Shown: positions 1-11,324 of the stretch, one piece after another | Position numbering within the stretch: position 1 is the first letter of the stretch | Layout of the letters: each line of letters opens with the position of its first letter | Assembly (NCBI GenBank): GCA_013416795.1 | Contig: RQSC01000757.1 | Span: 140,610 to 204,609 of the forward strand | Source of the DNA: Prasinococcaceae sp. CCMP 1430 | Taxonomy: Eukaryota > Plantae > Prasinodermophyta | DNA length: 64,000 nt | Direction: 5' to 3' | Position numbers and translations under genes: made by a program | The notes under the pieces: model-generated | The model's input: only the letters and a program-made list of their open reading frames with translations | What the model was told of the DNA's origin: nothing | Database searches by the model: none

Positions 1-33
<33 letters not shown>
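1..33. repeat. poly-C homopolymer
   Basis: The window opens with 33 consecutive C; this may be an artefact of sequencing or assembly. Confidence 0.9.
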
Positions 34-35
<2 letters not shown>

Positions 36-166
36 GTCCCCAGCTTCCTGCCCCTTCTCCCACCACACACACACACGCCGCCGCCCCGCGCCTGCGAAGC
101 ACTTCAAGGGTGCCCACACACTCTCCGCCCGCCGTCTCTTCATCCGCTCGTTGCTCGCTCACCTGC

Positions 167-862
167 ATGCCGCCGTCTCAGTTGCGGCAGAACTCGACCG
201 TGTACGTAGGCGCCATGGCTCCCCACAGGTGTGGAGGTGTGGAGGGTGGGGGTTGGAGGGGCCGGGCGCGCGCGGCGGCAGGCGCGTTCAGCCGGCCGCG
301 AGGCGGCGGCGGCGAGGCACACGAGTGTGAGCAGGTGCTCTTCGAGCTGGGCGTGGCGTCGCGGCGGGAGCGGCTGTCACTGCAGGCTCGGGAAGGGGGG
401 GTGTTCTGCACTGAGCCGCAGCTGCTGCGCGCTCGGCTGAGGCGATGCCAGTGCATGCTCGGCGGCCTGGACGACGCCGACGTTGCGGCAATGCTCTCGC
501 GCGAAGGCGGGGCCGAGGTGCTCGAGTGGGAGGCAGCCGACCTGGGCGAGCGGCTCGCGGCACTCCGGGCTGCGCTGCCCGCTCGAGCGGACGTCAGAGA
601 GGCTGTTCTCGAAGAGCCGCGTCTGCTATCGTGGGACCCGGCCCGGCTGCGCGAGGCACAAGCGGCGCTGCAGAACGCGTATCCACGAACCGATTTCGAG
701 GCGTTGTGGATGGAGCGGCCAGACGTGCTCGCAATTGTGTGCGGGGACATGCTCGAGGCCGAGGCAGACTGCGCGGCGGGCCTGCATTGCGGCAAAGAGG
801 GTGTGGCGGCCATCGACCCCTGGCTTCTGCAGTGGCTCAACGGCAGCCTCGGCGCCAGGTGA
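167..862 (+). CDS. Uncharacterised protein with mTERF-like helical repeats, possibly organelle-targeted
   Basis: Open frame with in-frame ATGs at 167 and ~216. Repeated motifs such as 'LGERLAALRAALPARADVREAVLEEPRLL' and 'LQNAYPRTDFEALWMERPDVL' resemble the mTERF-like repeats of algal organelle proteins. The start is uncertain. Confidence 0.5.
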   Translation: MPPSQLRQNSTVYVGAMAPHRCGGVEGGGWRGRARAAAGAFSRPRGGGGEAHECEQVLFELGVASRRERLSLQAREGGVFCTEPQLLRARLRRCQCMLGGLDDADVAAMLSREGGAEVLEWEAADLGERLAALRAALPARADVREAVLEEPRLLSWDPARLREAQAALQNAYPRTDFEALWMERPDVLAIVCGDMLEAEADCAAGLHCGKEGVAAIDPWLLQWLNGSLGAR

Positions 863-1024
863 GCAGTGGCACACCTTGTCATTGTTGTACAATAGTCTAC
901 TCTTTATGTATGGGTCGCGCGGCAGCCACGACGCGGCGCTCTTCACGCGCGTGAGTTGGGGAACACGGGAAAATCGAAGTGCTCGTGAGCGTGTAGTAGC
1001 ATGTTGTAGCATTCTCTGTGTCCC

Positions 1025-2889
1025 CTACGGACTCTTCTGGAAGGCTGAGGCGTTGCTGAGCGGCACGGACGTGCCGCACATATTGGAGGCAGAGTACGCC
1101 GAGCTTGTCGGGTTGAGTACCCACTTCGGTAGCACGCAATGCGTGCCCCAATTGCCATCAACCACTTGCGTGATGCCGAAGTCTGCACCAGCGGTGAGCA
1201 TCGTTCTTACCTCGCTCTCGCTGTAGCCCATTCGCATCAGCATGTCGCGGGCGTTGACGTAGGTGTTGCTCATGGCCATGTTGATGTCGGACTTGAAATA
1301 CACAATGTCGTCCGGTCCGTCAGGCTGATCGTAGCCCAGCTCTGCAATGAAGTCGGTGAAGGTGAAGCCGTGCACGACCCACTCGTTGACATTCTCCAGC
1401 AGAGGGAAGGTGAGGTTCTGCAGCATTGGTGGGAGCTCGCTCGCCTTGAGCAGGTCGATCTTGAAGCGTCCGTTGACGCTCGCCTCGACGCCTGTACCAT
1501 CGAGCTCGGAGTCACCCTGCGCGAGATGCGCATCTCCCATGGATAGCAGCGCACCCGCGACCTCGACCGGATAGTACATTTTGGCACCCACGCCGATGCG
1601 GCGATTGTCGAGGTTTCCACCCGTAGGTCGTGGCGGGATGCTATCGATCACGTCCACTGCAGAAGGTGAGAGCCCCATGCAGCCTACGTGCGGGTTGTAC
1701 GGGATCTTGAAGCGCGAGGAGTTGACGCTCCAGTCATCGGCCGAGGTGGGGTGCTTGGAGAGCAGCCCAGGGAACCAGTAACCGTCCCATGTTTGCGTCC
1801 CGTTTTCGCACGGCACTTGCACGCCCGGGGCGAAGTTCTCAGCAGCGATGCATGGCGACGTTTGGATGGGCTCGAGCCCGTACTGAAACTGGTAGAGAGG
1901 CTCCACCCACAGCGGGTTGCCGGCGGCGTCCTCGACGAACTTGTAGATGGTCGTCACCTGCGCAGAGTGCGCGCGCGCGTGACAGAGACGGAAGGAAAGG
2001 CAGAGAGGGCAGCGCGCGGGCAGCCCAGAGCCATAGATTGTTCTACCGTCAGGAACCTACTGTGCCACCTACAATGCGCGTGCGGCACCGGCACGCTGCC
2101 CGCACCTCGATCTGGCCGTCCATCGAGGCGTTGGCGAGCGGCGGCGGGCTGGGGCCGTTGATGCCAAAATCGTAACCCCACCATGCAGCCGCATTGCTGC
2201 CAAAGCTCTCGCCGTCGGGGTTCTTGCGCGGCTCGAGCTCGAGGATTTCGACAGTGACGACGTCGCCCGGCTCAGCGCCCTCAACGTATATCGGACCGGT
2301 GAGGACGTGCACGCCGTCGCCCGAGCCAGTCTGGCCGCGCTGTCCGGTGGTGATGGAGTCGCCGGGTGGCCACGCGTAGATGCTCTGCGCAGCGGCCGGC
2401 GGCTGTAGTGTCAGCTCGCAATCGTGTATGCATCTGAGCTCCTCCGTGATGTGTGAATACAGTATGTATGTGTGGTGGTGCCAGGTATCTCAGCCTAACG
2501 ACGGCGCGCATGCGGGCCACGCGTGCGCACCTCGAGACCCTCATCGCCTTCGATCATGCGGGCGGGGTCATCTCCGGCGTGGTGCGAGATCATCTCCACG
2601 AAAGCGACATCGCCGGGAGCGACCGTGAGTACGGGTGGCAGCATCTTGCTGAAGAAGCCCCAGTGGACCGTGGACGAGTTAGCCTGCGAGAGGTGCGTGG
2701 GAGGCCGCGCGTGCCGGCGCGCGTCGCGTCAGCAGCTCGAGTGCCGAGTAGTGACGGGCAGCCAAAACCGCACTGAGACAGGCATCACATCCGCTTCACC
2801 TTGAGCTCATGCTCCGCCGCGTCTGCCGCGCCGATCGCCGCGGCAACGGCGGCCGCGAGGGCGGCAAGGGCGGTCGTGATGGGCGCCAT
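1025..2889 (-). CDS. Acetamidase/formamidase (FmdA/AmdA family) with N-terminal signal peptide; 4 exons (2800-2889, 2531-2683, 2106-2384, 1025-1957), 484 aa
   Basis: All three introns are GT-AG and phase 0, and the exons join in frame. Family motifs include ANSSTVHWGFFSK, VHVLTGPIYVEGAEPGD, SNAAAWWG, SIPPRPTGGNLDN, GALLSMGDAHLAQGDSEL and DFGITQVVDGNWG. The N-terminus MAPITTALAALAAAVAAAIGAADA is hydrophobic. Confidence 0.9.
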
Positions 2890-3767
2890 CGTGGCCTGTA
2901 CGTGCGAGGGGGGCAACGCCGCGAACGCGCAGACCGCAGCGTGTGGCGACGTACCCGCCGTTGCGCAACTCGCACACGCAGTAACTGTCGCTTGTGTGGG
3001 ACTGTCGGGTGCCGCAACCGTTCCCCGGCGGCACCTTTGGGACCATCCTGATCTGGCCCAAACGTGAGCGAAAAGGAAACATCTCAGGCACTTCGCATGT
3101 GCTGCTCGATCGTGGACAGACATTTACAGACTTCGATCAAAAAGAACCAAGTTGTTGCCAAATTCTGTGCGTGGGGGCGCGGCGGCGCGGCTCAAACACA
3201 CAATCACAACGGTTGGCCCCCCCGACACCCTTCCGTCACCCAGAAGTAATGATATAAAATTGTTAGTTAAAATCGAAGTTAATATCTTGGAGGGGGTCTC
3301 GTGTTGCCTTTAAAGTCACATCTTACGGTGAAGGGGTTGAAACCCTTTAAAACCTGAAAACTAAGCTTTGACCCAGGCCTACGCAAAATAGACCGGGTTG
3401 GGTGGGTGGGTGCGCGCGACAGCGCGCAAAGCAACAAGAGTGGCACACGCCGCGCGCGCGCCTCCTGCGCCAGATATTTTGATTTTTGGCCGCCCAGGCG
3501 CGTTCAGGGAACGCGCTCGGGGAACGACCGGCCAACACTGCAGTTCCACACGCGCTCGTGTGCAGACCCTCCTCTGACCCGATAACCCATATTAACCGAG
3601 GCTGAATATGCCAATAACGGGAGACTTAGGAAAAAGCGCCTCATTGCAAGCGACAGCTCCGTCTCCGATCGACCGCAGGGCACAGCGCGTATGGGTGGCA
3701 CCTGTTTCGCAAGGATCTCTCTTCTTTATTGCACCGAGTGCTCCTGTGCCAACGCTGACTCGCTTCT

Positions 3768-6277
3768 CTATGGCCACATCTCCCGCATCTCCTTTCCCAG
3801 GAGGCGCCAGAGGAAGTGCGCCTTGGCGGAGATCCTGTCGCCTGCGACTGCCTTGGCTGGGATCATTGCCATGTGCAGGCACGTCACACCCTGATCGGGA
3901 AGCACGATGAACTTAGTGCCGTACGAGCCACCCATGCCGAACCATTGGCCAGGGATGTACTGCGCCCCTCCGTCCTCGGTGAGCGGCATGGTCGCGTGAT
4001 GCTTCCCCGGAGGAGGGCGGGCGCCGCACATCTCCGCCCTGCAGCTTGTGACGCCGAGGCCGAAGTGACCCATCTGGAAGGTGTCGCATATGTTGTAATC
4101 GGTGAAGATGGCCTTCACGCTCTCCTTGCTCAGGATCCTCACGCCGTCGATCGTTCCGTTGCCGGCAAGCATGCTGGTGAAGCGGAGCATATCACGAGGC
4201 GAAGACATCACCGCGTTCGACAGCCAGTTTACTGTGAGTTGCTCTCCCTTCCATTTTGGCCAGTTGATCCCGAGGTCGCTCGTTGAGTCCTCAGACGCGC
4301 GAGTCGGCCTCTCCATCGGTTCGCACTCGCGTTCTGGTTCATCGTCCTCCCCGCAGGCGAGAGTGAGGTAGGGCGTGCCGAAGCATCCGGGGCGCCCTCC
4401 TTCGTGCAGGCGGCCTGACATGCATCGAAGTGCCTGCGACATCCCCAGGGGGCGCAGGATCAGCTCCTTCAGCCAGTAATACAGCGGCAGCCCGGTGCGG
4501 CGCTTGACGAGCGCGTCCACGAGCGTGTAGGCATAGTTGTCCTGTTGGCGTGGGCAGGATTGCGCGCGCAGGGGGGATGGCGTCAGCACAGCCGCAGCAT
4601 GCGGCAGACACCGACGAGCGGCGTGCAGAGCGCTCGACACGCGCGCGCAGGCAGCCCTTTCTCGGCGACCGGCAACAAAACATGCCGGGAGGCACGCACG
4701 CGCTTCGCACGCACATAGGCAATTTCCTTCTTGCGCCGTTGCTCGCGGGTGGCGTACAGCGACATGGGCAAGTCCTGAGAGTCCTGCACGGACTCGTACG
4801 CGGTATCATAGTCGTCGTCTCCGCTAGTCAGGCACTGCTCGAACGCGGGACACACCACCTCTGTGACACACCGCACGACATCCATCTGCCTAGCGTCGCA
4901 CTCGGCCGGAAAGCCAAGGTTGTCCATGACGTGGCCGTAGTACTTCCACATACCGTAGTTGCGGTTGTCGAGAGTGCGCATCGCCAGCAGGTCCAAAACG
5001 GTGGCGTTCTCAACACGGCCGCAATTGCCAAAGGTCTTGCCAACCTTGGTCTCGAGCGTGAGTGGCGTGCCTGCGCCGAGCCCAAGTCCCCCGTAGCTGA
5101 GGCTGCGCTCCGAAACGGCCAGGAACGCCGCGCTAGCAAAAGTCTTGGAGATGGAGCGGGCCGGCACGGCCGTGTGTTCGGGGCCCTGGACTTTGTCGAT
5201 GCACACGCCCTCGGTCTCCTCCCATTCGTCGACGTCATCCTCGACCCAGTTCTTCGCAGTCGTCGCCCGAGCCTGCGACGATGCCCAGGGGCCCAGTGTG
5301 AGGGTCGTTAGCACGCGCTGAGTGTTCACACCGCGCTCGCCGTCTGGCTCGATCTTGGCGCACATTGCCGTGATTGGACCGAGGTTGTGAGAATTGTCGT
5401 AGAATCTGGCCCAGTCAGACTCGATCGACCACTTGTACGTACGATACTGCCCAGCCGCAATGCGACGAGCGGGGGTCGCGGAGGCATTGATTGTGTATCA
5501 ACGTGTCAGTGCATCGAAATTGAAGCCGGATGCCGGCGGGGAGGGGGAAGGGAGCGCACCGCGCGCATCGAGTTTTGTCGGCGCACGCCACGCTCTCTCA
5601 GCTCTTCAGCGCGGACACGTGCAACGCACCTGTCTCCCGAGGAGCTCATGAGGGCGGTCGGGGTCGCCCTCGTCGCGGGCTAAGCTTGCAGGCATCGTGG
5701 ACGTCGTCGCTCCGGTCATCTGGCGCGCGCGGGCGTGCATGGCATCGGTACAGGAGATCAGTGCCATGTCGCGGAAAGACAACGAAAGCAGCACGGCCAC
5801 GCACACCGGAATAGGGGCATAAGCGTCGGGCGCATTCGAACTCCTTACCTCATTGTAGTAGAGCTCCGTACCATTGTCGTGCGTGTACTCATTCCATGCG
5901 TCTGGCCAAGTGCCACCTTGCTCGCCGGGCTCATTCTCGAGCCACGTGTGGAAGCCTTTTGTGCACTTGGCGGCCCTGTTGCGCCCGGGGTGTCCCGTGG
6001 AGCGCCCCGCGGGACCATCGAAGACGTACGTGCTCCCTAAATCGAGGAGGTCATACACATGACCGCCCTGGACGCTCGAGTAGAGCACTGCGGCCGCAAT
6101 GCCGGCCACGAGCACGGTGGCGCCGAGCAGCGACAGTGACATTGACATACGTGACGTCGTCGTGCGGCGCTTCGCGAGACGTGCCTTCAGCTCTTCTTTC
6201 GACGGCGTCGTCGGTGGCGTGTGCCCATTAGTGCCCCCCTTCCTGGCAGCGCCACCTCCGCGCGCTCCCTTGCCCAT
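3768..6277 (-). CDS. Beta-lactamase-fold serine hydrolase with N-terminal TM anchor and WW-like motif; 4 exons (5849-6277, 5630-5719, 4715-5446, 3768-4541), ~674 aa
   Basis: The SxxK motif is SISK (5144-5155). The YxN-like motif Y|DN spans the last intron and is followed by YAYTLVDALVKRRTGLPL...ILRPLGM; the C-terminal part has GMGGSYGT. WPDAWNEYTHDNGTELYYNE|MTGATTSTMP forms across the first intron. All splice sites are phase-0 GT-AG. Confidence 0.75.
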
Positions 6278-6910
6278 CGCGCGAGGCGAGGCGGCGAGCT
6301 ACGATTCCAACGATCGCCAACAGCCCTGCTTAAAGCGCCGGGCGCTCGCTCCCGAACGACGCGCCCCACCGTGCGAGGCGCGCCCCGGCCCGGCGGGCGC
6401 CGAGGTCCTCGAATCGGCCCGACGGCGCGCGGCGGCCGAGGCCCGGTGACACCCCCCGCCCGCCCGTCCGATCCCACGCCCTCCCCCTCTTCGCGGCACG
6501 CGCACGCCGTGTGGCGCGCCGCCCGCAGGGCTGCGCACCGGCGTGCCAGTTGATCAGCAATGCCTGCTGCGGCGCGCAGCTGTTGAGAAAAGAAAAGCGG
6601 AGCGGCGTCGAGTCCGAGTCGGTCGGTCGCGCGCCTTCATACGGTTTGTCACGCGAAAAGGGTGTGCACATCGTACCTCTCCGCAATGCATTTTGATGAG
6701 GATGTGGTTTTGCTTTGCTTTTTTTCCTTGAGCACAGTCGTGGAATCGCAAGGGGAAACAAGCACACTAATAAAGTACCCACGGGATATTCTTTTTCGAG
6801 GGCATCATCAAATTGCATTGAACGAACGGAGCATGCGAACGCGGACGCGGACGCGGCGAGCGAGCGAGAGCGGGGCGGGTGGAGGTCTCGCGTGTTTAAG
6901 GGTTTAATAA

Positions 6911-6918
6911 TAGGGTTT
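6911..6918 (-). promoter_or_regulatory. Telo-box-like element (TAGGGTTT) upstream of FIG4
   Basis: Exact match to the reverse complement of AAACCCTA, in an AT-rich patch ~85 bp before the ATG at 7001. Confidence 0.35.
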
Positions 6919-7000
6919 GTGGTCCCAAAGGCGGCGGGGCGGACGAGGCCGCCCGAGCGGGCGCCGCGCGCGCGCGCGCCACGACGGGCGCTCGGGAGCC

Positions 7001-9808
7001 ATGGCGGCGTCGAGTGATCCGTTCGGCGACGGCGAGCCGAGTGCTTCGAGACCGAGGTCGGCCAATGGCGCGACCGTCGAGGGCGCGGGCAGCGAGCGGC
7101 CGCTGGTCGCATTCGAGCTGTACGAGACGCGCTCGCGCTACTACCTCGTCGGGCGCACCGCCGACTCGCGCGAGTGGCGCACGCTCAAGGTGTCGCGGCG
7201 CCACGCCAACGAGCTCGAGTTGGAAGAGGACAAGAGCGTGTATGGCCGCGACGAAATGGCGCAGGCGCTTGCCGCAGCGCGCGACGGCAACCGCTCGACC
7301 GGTGGCATGCAGCTCACCTGCAGGGCGCGCGCCGTCGTCGGTTTTGTGCGCTTCCTCGGGCCGTACTATATCATATTGGCGACCGAGGCGCGCTCGCTCG
7401 GCCGCATCGCAGGGCACGAGGTCTTGGAGGTGGCGGGGACGAAGCTCGTGCCCGTGCCCGAGCCGAGCGCAATGCCTCAGATGGACAGGAAGACCGAGCG
7501 CGCAGAGCGGCGCTACCTCAAGTTGCTGCAGATGGTTGACCTGTCAAGGCCGGGCTTCATCTTCAGTGACACGTACCCCCTGGCAATGTCAATGCAGCAC
7601 GCATGCGCGGGCGTGCCCGCAGACAGCTCGTGGAAGAGCCTCGACAGCCGTTGGGTGTGGAACGGGCACCTCGCTGCGGATGCACGGCGGCAGCTTGACA
7701 TGCCGGAGCGCTGGCTGCGGCCGCTCGTCCACGGTCACTTCGCGTCTGTGTGCCTGAGTGTGTTTGGCCGGCGGCTGCGGCTGACGCTCATCGCACGGCG
7801 GTCGCGCATCTTCGCGGGCACCCGCTATCTCAAGCGTGGTCTGAGTGATGGTGGATACGTCGCCAACGACGTAGAGGTGGAGCAGGTCGTCGAGGTGGAG
7901 CGGGTCGGCGTGCGGCCGGGCGGCGTCTCGAGCTTCGTGCAGGTGCGCGGCTCCATCCCGCTCTTCTGGGGGCAAGAGATTTCGCCGCTCAGCCCTTTGA
8001 AGCCAGACATTGTGCTGCAACGAGCCGATCCCCTCTACCGAGCGACCAGGCGGCACTACGACGACCTGGAGGCTCGCTATGGCAAACCTGTGGTTTCTCT
8101 GAGCCTCGTGAAGACCCATGAGCGAAGACAGCGCGAGGTGTTGCTGCAGCGCGAGTTCGCGTCCGCAATATCGCACCTCAACAGTCGTGCTGGCGAGGAG
8201 CACGAGAGCCTGTTGCTTCTGCACTGGGATATGGCCCAGTACGCGCGTAGGCGCGAGCGCGACGTCGTCTCTGCGCTGATGCCGATCGCAGCTGCCACCG
8301 TGGACAGAAACAAGCTCTTCACCAGGGGCGCGCGACGCTCGCCACCCCACCCCGGCTCGTTGAATATTCCCGACGGCTCGTTCGCGCCTCGGCCCAAGCC
8401 AGCGAAGGCGGAGGCGGCGAGCACCGAGTGGAGGCAGAGCGGCGCGGTGCGGACAAATTGCATCGACTGCCTGGACAGGACCAACGTGGCTCAGTTTGTC
8501 ATCGGACTGGCCGCTCTGCGCGTGCAGCTGTGGGCGCTGGGCGTCACAGATATGCCCGACGCGGACCAGACTTCTGCCGTGGCCAGCGAGCTCATGTCTC
8601 TCTACGAGGGCATGGGCAACATGCTGGCAATGCAGTACGGCGGATCCGACGCGCACCAGATGGTGTTCCAGCAAATCAAGGGAGAGTGGGCACCTGCATC
8701 GAAATCTCGCGACGTGCTCACAAGCATCAAGCGATTCTACTCAAACACGTACACTGACTCTGAGAAGCAGGACGCCATCAACCTATTCTTAGGCAACTTC
8801 GTGCCGTCACAGGGGCAGCCGCAGCTATGGGAGTTCGACTCCGATTGGTACCTGCACAGAGCACAGAACGAACCTGCGATGGACGTACCACACGAGGAGC
8901 TGGCCTCCAACACGCGCATTCTCGACCTGGGAGAGGGCAGGGTCGGCTGCCCTTGGGACGCACGATCTGCGCCGGAGATGGCCTTCGGAGGGCTTGATAA
9001 CTTCGACCTGCAACTCGCTCAGGAAACCGTGGCTCCGTCTCGATTCTACAATCCCGACTCAGCGAGCGACAGGCGTGCACCACGTAAGCTCTTCTCGCTG
9101 GGCCTGCTGGCGAACGGCGCGGGGCGCAGCGACGTAGGCGTGGCAAGCAGCCCAGGTCGGAGCGGCACAGGTACCCCAGGTGGCCTGCACACGCCGGGGT
9201 CGAACACGCCCGGCGCATCTCGAAGCGGGACGACAACTCCTCGGCAACTACTCTCCAGTCTGCGCGCGTCGACGGGCGGCCTCGGATCAGCTTTCCGAAG
9301 GACTGAGATGCCATCGCCTGCTTCCGGTGCCGAGGACGATGCGGGTGGGCAGGACAATCGCTCGCACGCCCAAAGAGCGAAGCTCGGGCTCTTCAACTCG
9401 GTCGTGTTTGCGCCCCGCGCCGTCGTCCCCTTCAAGGGCATCGCCATGGGTGCGTCGGGCCTCGACGTTGAGCTCTGTGTCGATCGCGAGTCGTACTCCT
9501 CGTACGTTGACTCAGCATCGCCAGAGCAGGCTGCTGCATCCTTTGCAGCCATTGGGCGCGTGGAGCCAGCAGCCTCCCTGTGCGGTCCAGAATCGCTCAG
9601 ACACAGCGACATTGGCAGCAAGGCGGCGAGCGCCACGCTCCTCGACGAGCTCTGGCCGCGCGCGCCCCCGGAGCAGAGCGTCGCGAGCGAATACCAGCGC
9701 CGCGAGGAGGCGGTGGTAGATATGGCGATCGTACCAGACGTGCAGCGCAGCGCGTATGCAATCCACCGAGCAGCTGCAACTGATGTCCACACAATGGTCG
9801 TCCACTAG
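7001..9808 (+). CDS. FIG4: SAC-domain phosphoinositide phosphatase, FIG4/SAC1-5 type, single exon, 935 aa
   Basis: Catalytic motif RTNCIDCLDRTN (CX5R). Other family motifs: FELYETRSRYYLVG, LIARRSRIFAGTRYLKRG, ANDVEVEQVV, SFVQVRGSIPLFWGQ, YGGSDAH and YSNTYTDSEKQDAINLFLG. Confidence 0.95.
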   Translation: MAASSDPFGDGEPSASRPRSANGATVEGAGSERPLVAFELYETRSRYYLVGRTADSREWRTLKVSRRHANELELEEDKSVYGRDEMAQALAAARDGNRSTGGMQLTCRARAVVGFVRFLGPYYIILATEARSLGRIAGHEVLEVAGTKLVPVPEPSAMPQMDRKTERAERRYLKLLQMVDLSRPGFIFSDTYPLAMSMQHACAGVPADSSWKSLDSRWVWNGHLAADARRQLDMPERWLRPLVHGHFASVCLSVFGRRLRLTLIARRSRIFAGTRYLKRGLSDGGYVANDVEVEQVVEVERVGVRPGGVSSFVQVRGSIPLFWGQEISPLSPLKPDIVLQRADPLYRATRRHYDDLEARYGKPVVSLSLVKTHERRQREVLLQREFASAISHLNSRAGEEHESLLLLHWDMAQYARRRERDVVSALMPIAAATVDRNKLFTRGARRSPPHPGSLNIPDGSFAPRPKPAKAEAASTEWRQSGAVRTNCIDCLDRTNVAQFVIGLAALRVQLWALGVTDMPDADQTSAVASELMSLYEGMGNMLAMQYGGSDAHQMVFQQIKGEWAPASKSRDVLTSIKRFYSNTYTDSEKQDAINLFLGNFVPSQGQPQLWEFDSDWYLHRAQNEPAMDVPHEELASNTRILDLGEGRVGCPWDARSAPEMAFGGLDNFDLQLAQETVAPSRFYNPDSASDRRAPRKLFSLGLLANGAGRSDVGVASSPGRSGTGTPGGLHTPGSNTPGASRSGTTTPRQLLSSLRASTGGLGSAFRRTEMPSPASGAEDDAGGQDNRSHAQRAKLGLFNSVVFAPRAVVPFKGIAMGASGLDVELCVDRESYSSYVDSASPEQAAASFAAIGRVEPAASLCGPESLRHSDIGSKAASATLLDELWPRAPPEQSVASEYQRREEAVVDMAIVPDVQRSAYAIHRAAATDVHTMVVH

Positions 9809-9832
9809 TTTGTTGTGAGATTTTTTGTACAC

Positions 9833-9837
9833 TGTAA
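9833..9837 (+). terminator. TGTAA chlorophyte-type polyadenylation signal (FIG4)
   Basis: TGTAA lies 25 nt after the FIG4 stop. The same signal follows other stops at 24685, 32707 and 34551 (+ strand) and at 14395 and 29497 (TTACA, - strand). Confidence 0.6.
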
Positions 9838-9890
9838 CTTGTGTCCTATGTACCGCCCGCCTCGTGTGTGTGCACCTACACAGAGTAGTC

Positions 9891-11324
9891 TTAGTCGTCG
9901 AGCCCCAACGCGAGCGTCAGCGCTGCCTTCACACGCTCTACGTCGTCTTCTGCTGCAGCGCTTACGGCCTTGGCGAGGATTGCCTCACGCTCGTCCCTCT
10001 CTGCCAGGCGCGAAATGATGGCAGCCACCTCCTCGAGCTGGCTTCGCCCTGGGGGAAAGGCCGTCACGGCAGCGCAGGCAGCCGCCGCAGCCGTAGCCGC
10101 GCGCGCCCTCTCGCTGTTCGAGCCCCCTCCCCCCCCATTCCCCCCATCGCCGTCCTCCTCGTCGGAGGCATCGGCCGCCGCAAACATGTCAAGAATCGCG
10201 CTGCGGAGGAGCGCGGTGGCCGCTGAGCTCGCGGCGTGCGCAGCCCGCCTGTCAGACAGCCCCAGCGCGCGCGCGAGCCTGGCGGCGAACGCACGCGACG
10301 CCGCCGCCCCGTCGGGTCGGCGCACCACCACGTCCGCGGTGGCGGTCGCCAGGGCGAGCTTGGCACCCTGCCGAAAGGTGCTCATCCAGAGCTGCGGCGT
10401 CTGCACGGGCGGCGCGACGCTGAGCTCGTCCCCCGCCAAGCTCAGCGCGACGATGTCGGCCTTCGTCGGATCGCGTCCCTGCAGCTTCGCCTTGGAGATG
10501 GACACCATGCGCTCCCTCACCGCCGCCGTCGCCGCTGCCGCCGTCTTCGGATCTACCGTCGCCGCGTGGTGCGCCGCGGCGAGCATGGCGTCCACCCACC
10601 ACCGCGGGGCGTCGGCCACGATCGGACGCGCGGGCTTGCTCCTCTCCGTTCTCTCGGCTTTCCTCTCCGCCTCGTCCTCGACGGCCACCCGCGCGGGCGG
10701 CTTCTGTCGGCGCTCCTCGGAGCCGACCGCGTCGGCAGCATCGTATTGGTCCTGCAGCGCCCTCACCTCCAGCTCCCGAAACGCCTCGGCGACGGAGCTA
10801 TCGGTGGAGCGCGCAGCCTCCCTGCGCTGCCTCCGCTCCTCCTCCTCCAGCATTCTCTGCAGCGTGGCCCTCTTCGCCGACGCCTCGCTGGCGAGTCGTA
10901 TGACCTTGAGCTCCTGCGCGCCGATGGCCTCGCCGAGCGCGACGGCGAGCTCGTGCACGGCCTGCAAGCGCTTCCGTCGCCTCGCCGCGGCGCGCAGCAG
11001 CTGCGCGCGAGAGACGAGCAGGGCGCGCGCCCCGGCCTCGTCGCTGAGGACCACCCTCCCCGCGCGCTCGTGCAGCTCCTCCGCGCGCGCCTCGAGCCGC
11101 TCTGCGCGCGATCGCAGCGCGCTCTCGCGCTGGCGCGTGTCGCTCTCCTCCTCCCGCAGCGCGTCGAGCCGCGCACGCGCACGCTCCTCGACGATCGCTC
11201 CCTCAGAGTCCGCGTCGTCGCCCCACTCGCCCCCGCCCGCAGCGCCGCCATCGCCCGCCGCCGCGGCATCGACGCCTCGACCTGTTTGGACACGGCCTGA
11301 TAACTTGCACCTGTATTCTTCGAT
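9891..11324 (-). CDS. Uncharacterised coiled-coil plus helical protein, probably plastid-type; 5' end unresolved
   Basis: The frame is open from 11324 to the TAA at 9891 and has strong coding bias. It has a PspA/VIPP-like coil (LEARAEELHERAGRVVLSDEAGARALL...) and C-terminal motifs 'RLARALGLSDRRAAHAASSAA' and 'FPPGRSQLEEVA...ALGL', which I recall from uncharacterised plant proteins. An in-frame TGA at 11325-11327 blocks the upstream ATGs. Confidence 0.65.
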   Translation of the reverse strand: MEEYRCKLSGRVQTGRGVDAAAAGDGGAAGGGEWGDDADSEGAIVEERARARLDALREEESDTRQRESALRSRAERLEARAEELHERAGRVVLSDEAGARALLVSRAQLLRAAARRRKRLQAVHELAVALGEAIGAQELKVIRLASEASAKRATLQRMLEEEERRQRREAARSTDSSVAEAFRELEVRALQDQYDAADAVGSEERRQKPPARVAVEDEAERKAERTERSKPARPIVADAPRWWVDAMLAAAHHAATVDPKTAAAATAAVRERMVSISKAKLQGRDPTKADIVALSLAGDELSVAPPVQTPQLWMSTFRQGAKLALATATADVVVRRPDGAAASRAFAARLARALGLSDRRAAHAASSAATALLRSAILDMFAAADASDEEDGDGGNGGGGGSNSERARAATAAAAACAAVTAFPPGRSQLEEVAAIISRLAERDEREAILAKAVSAAAEDDVERVKAALTLALGLDD

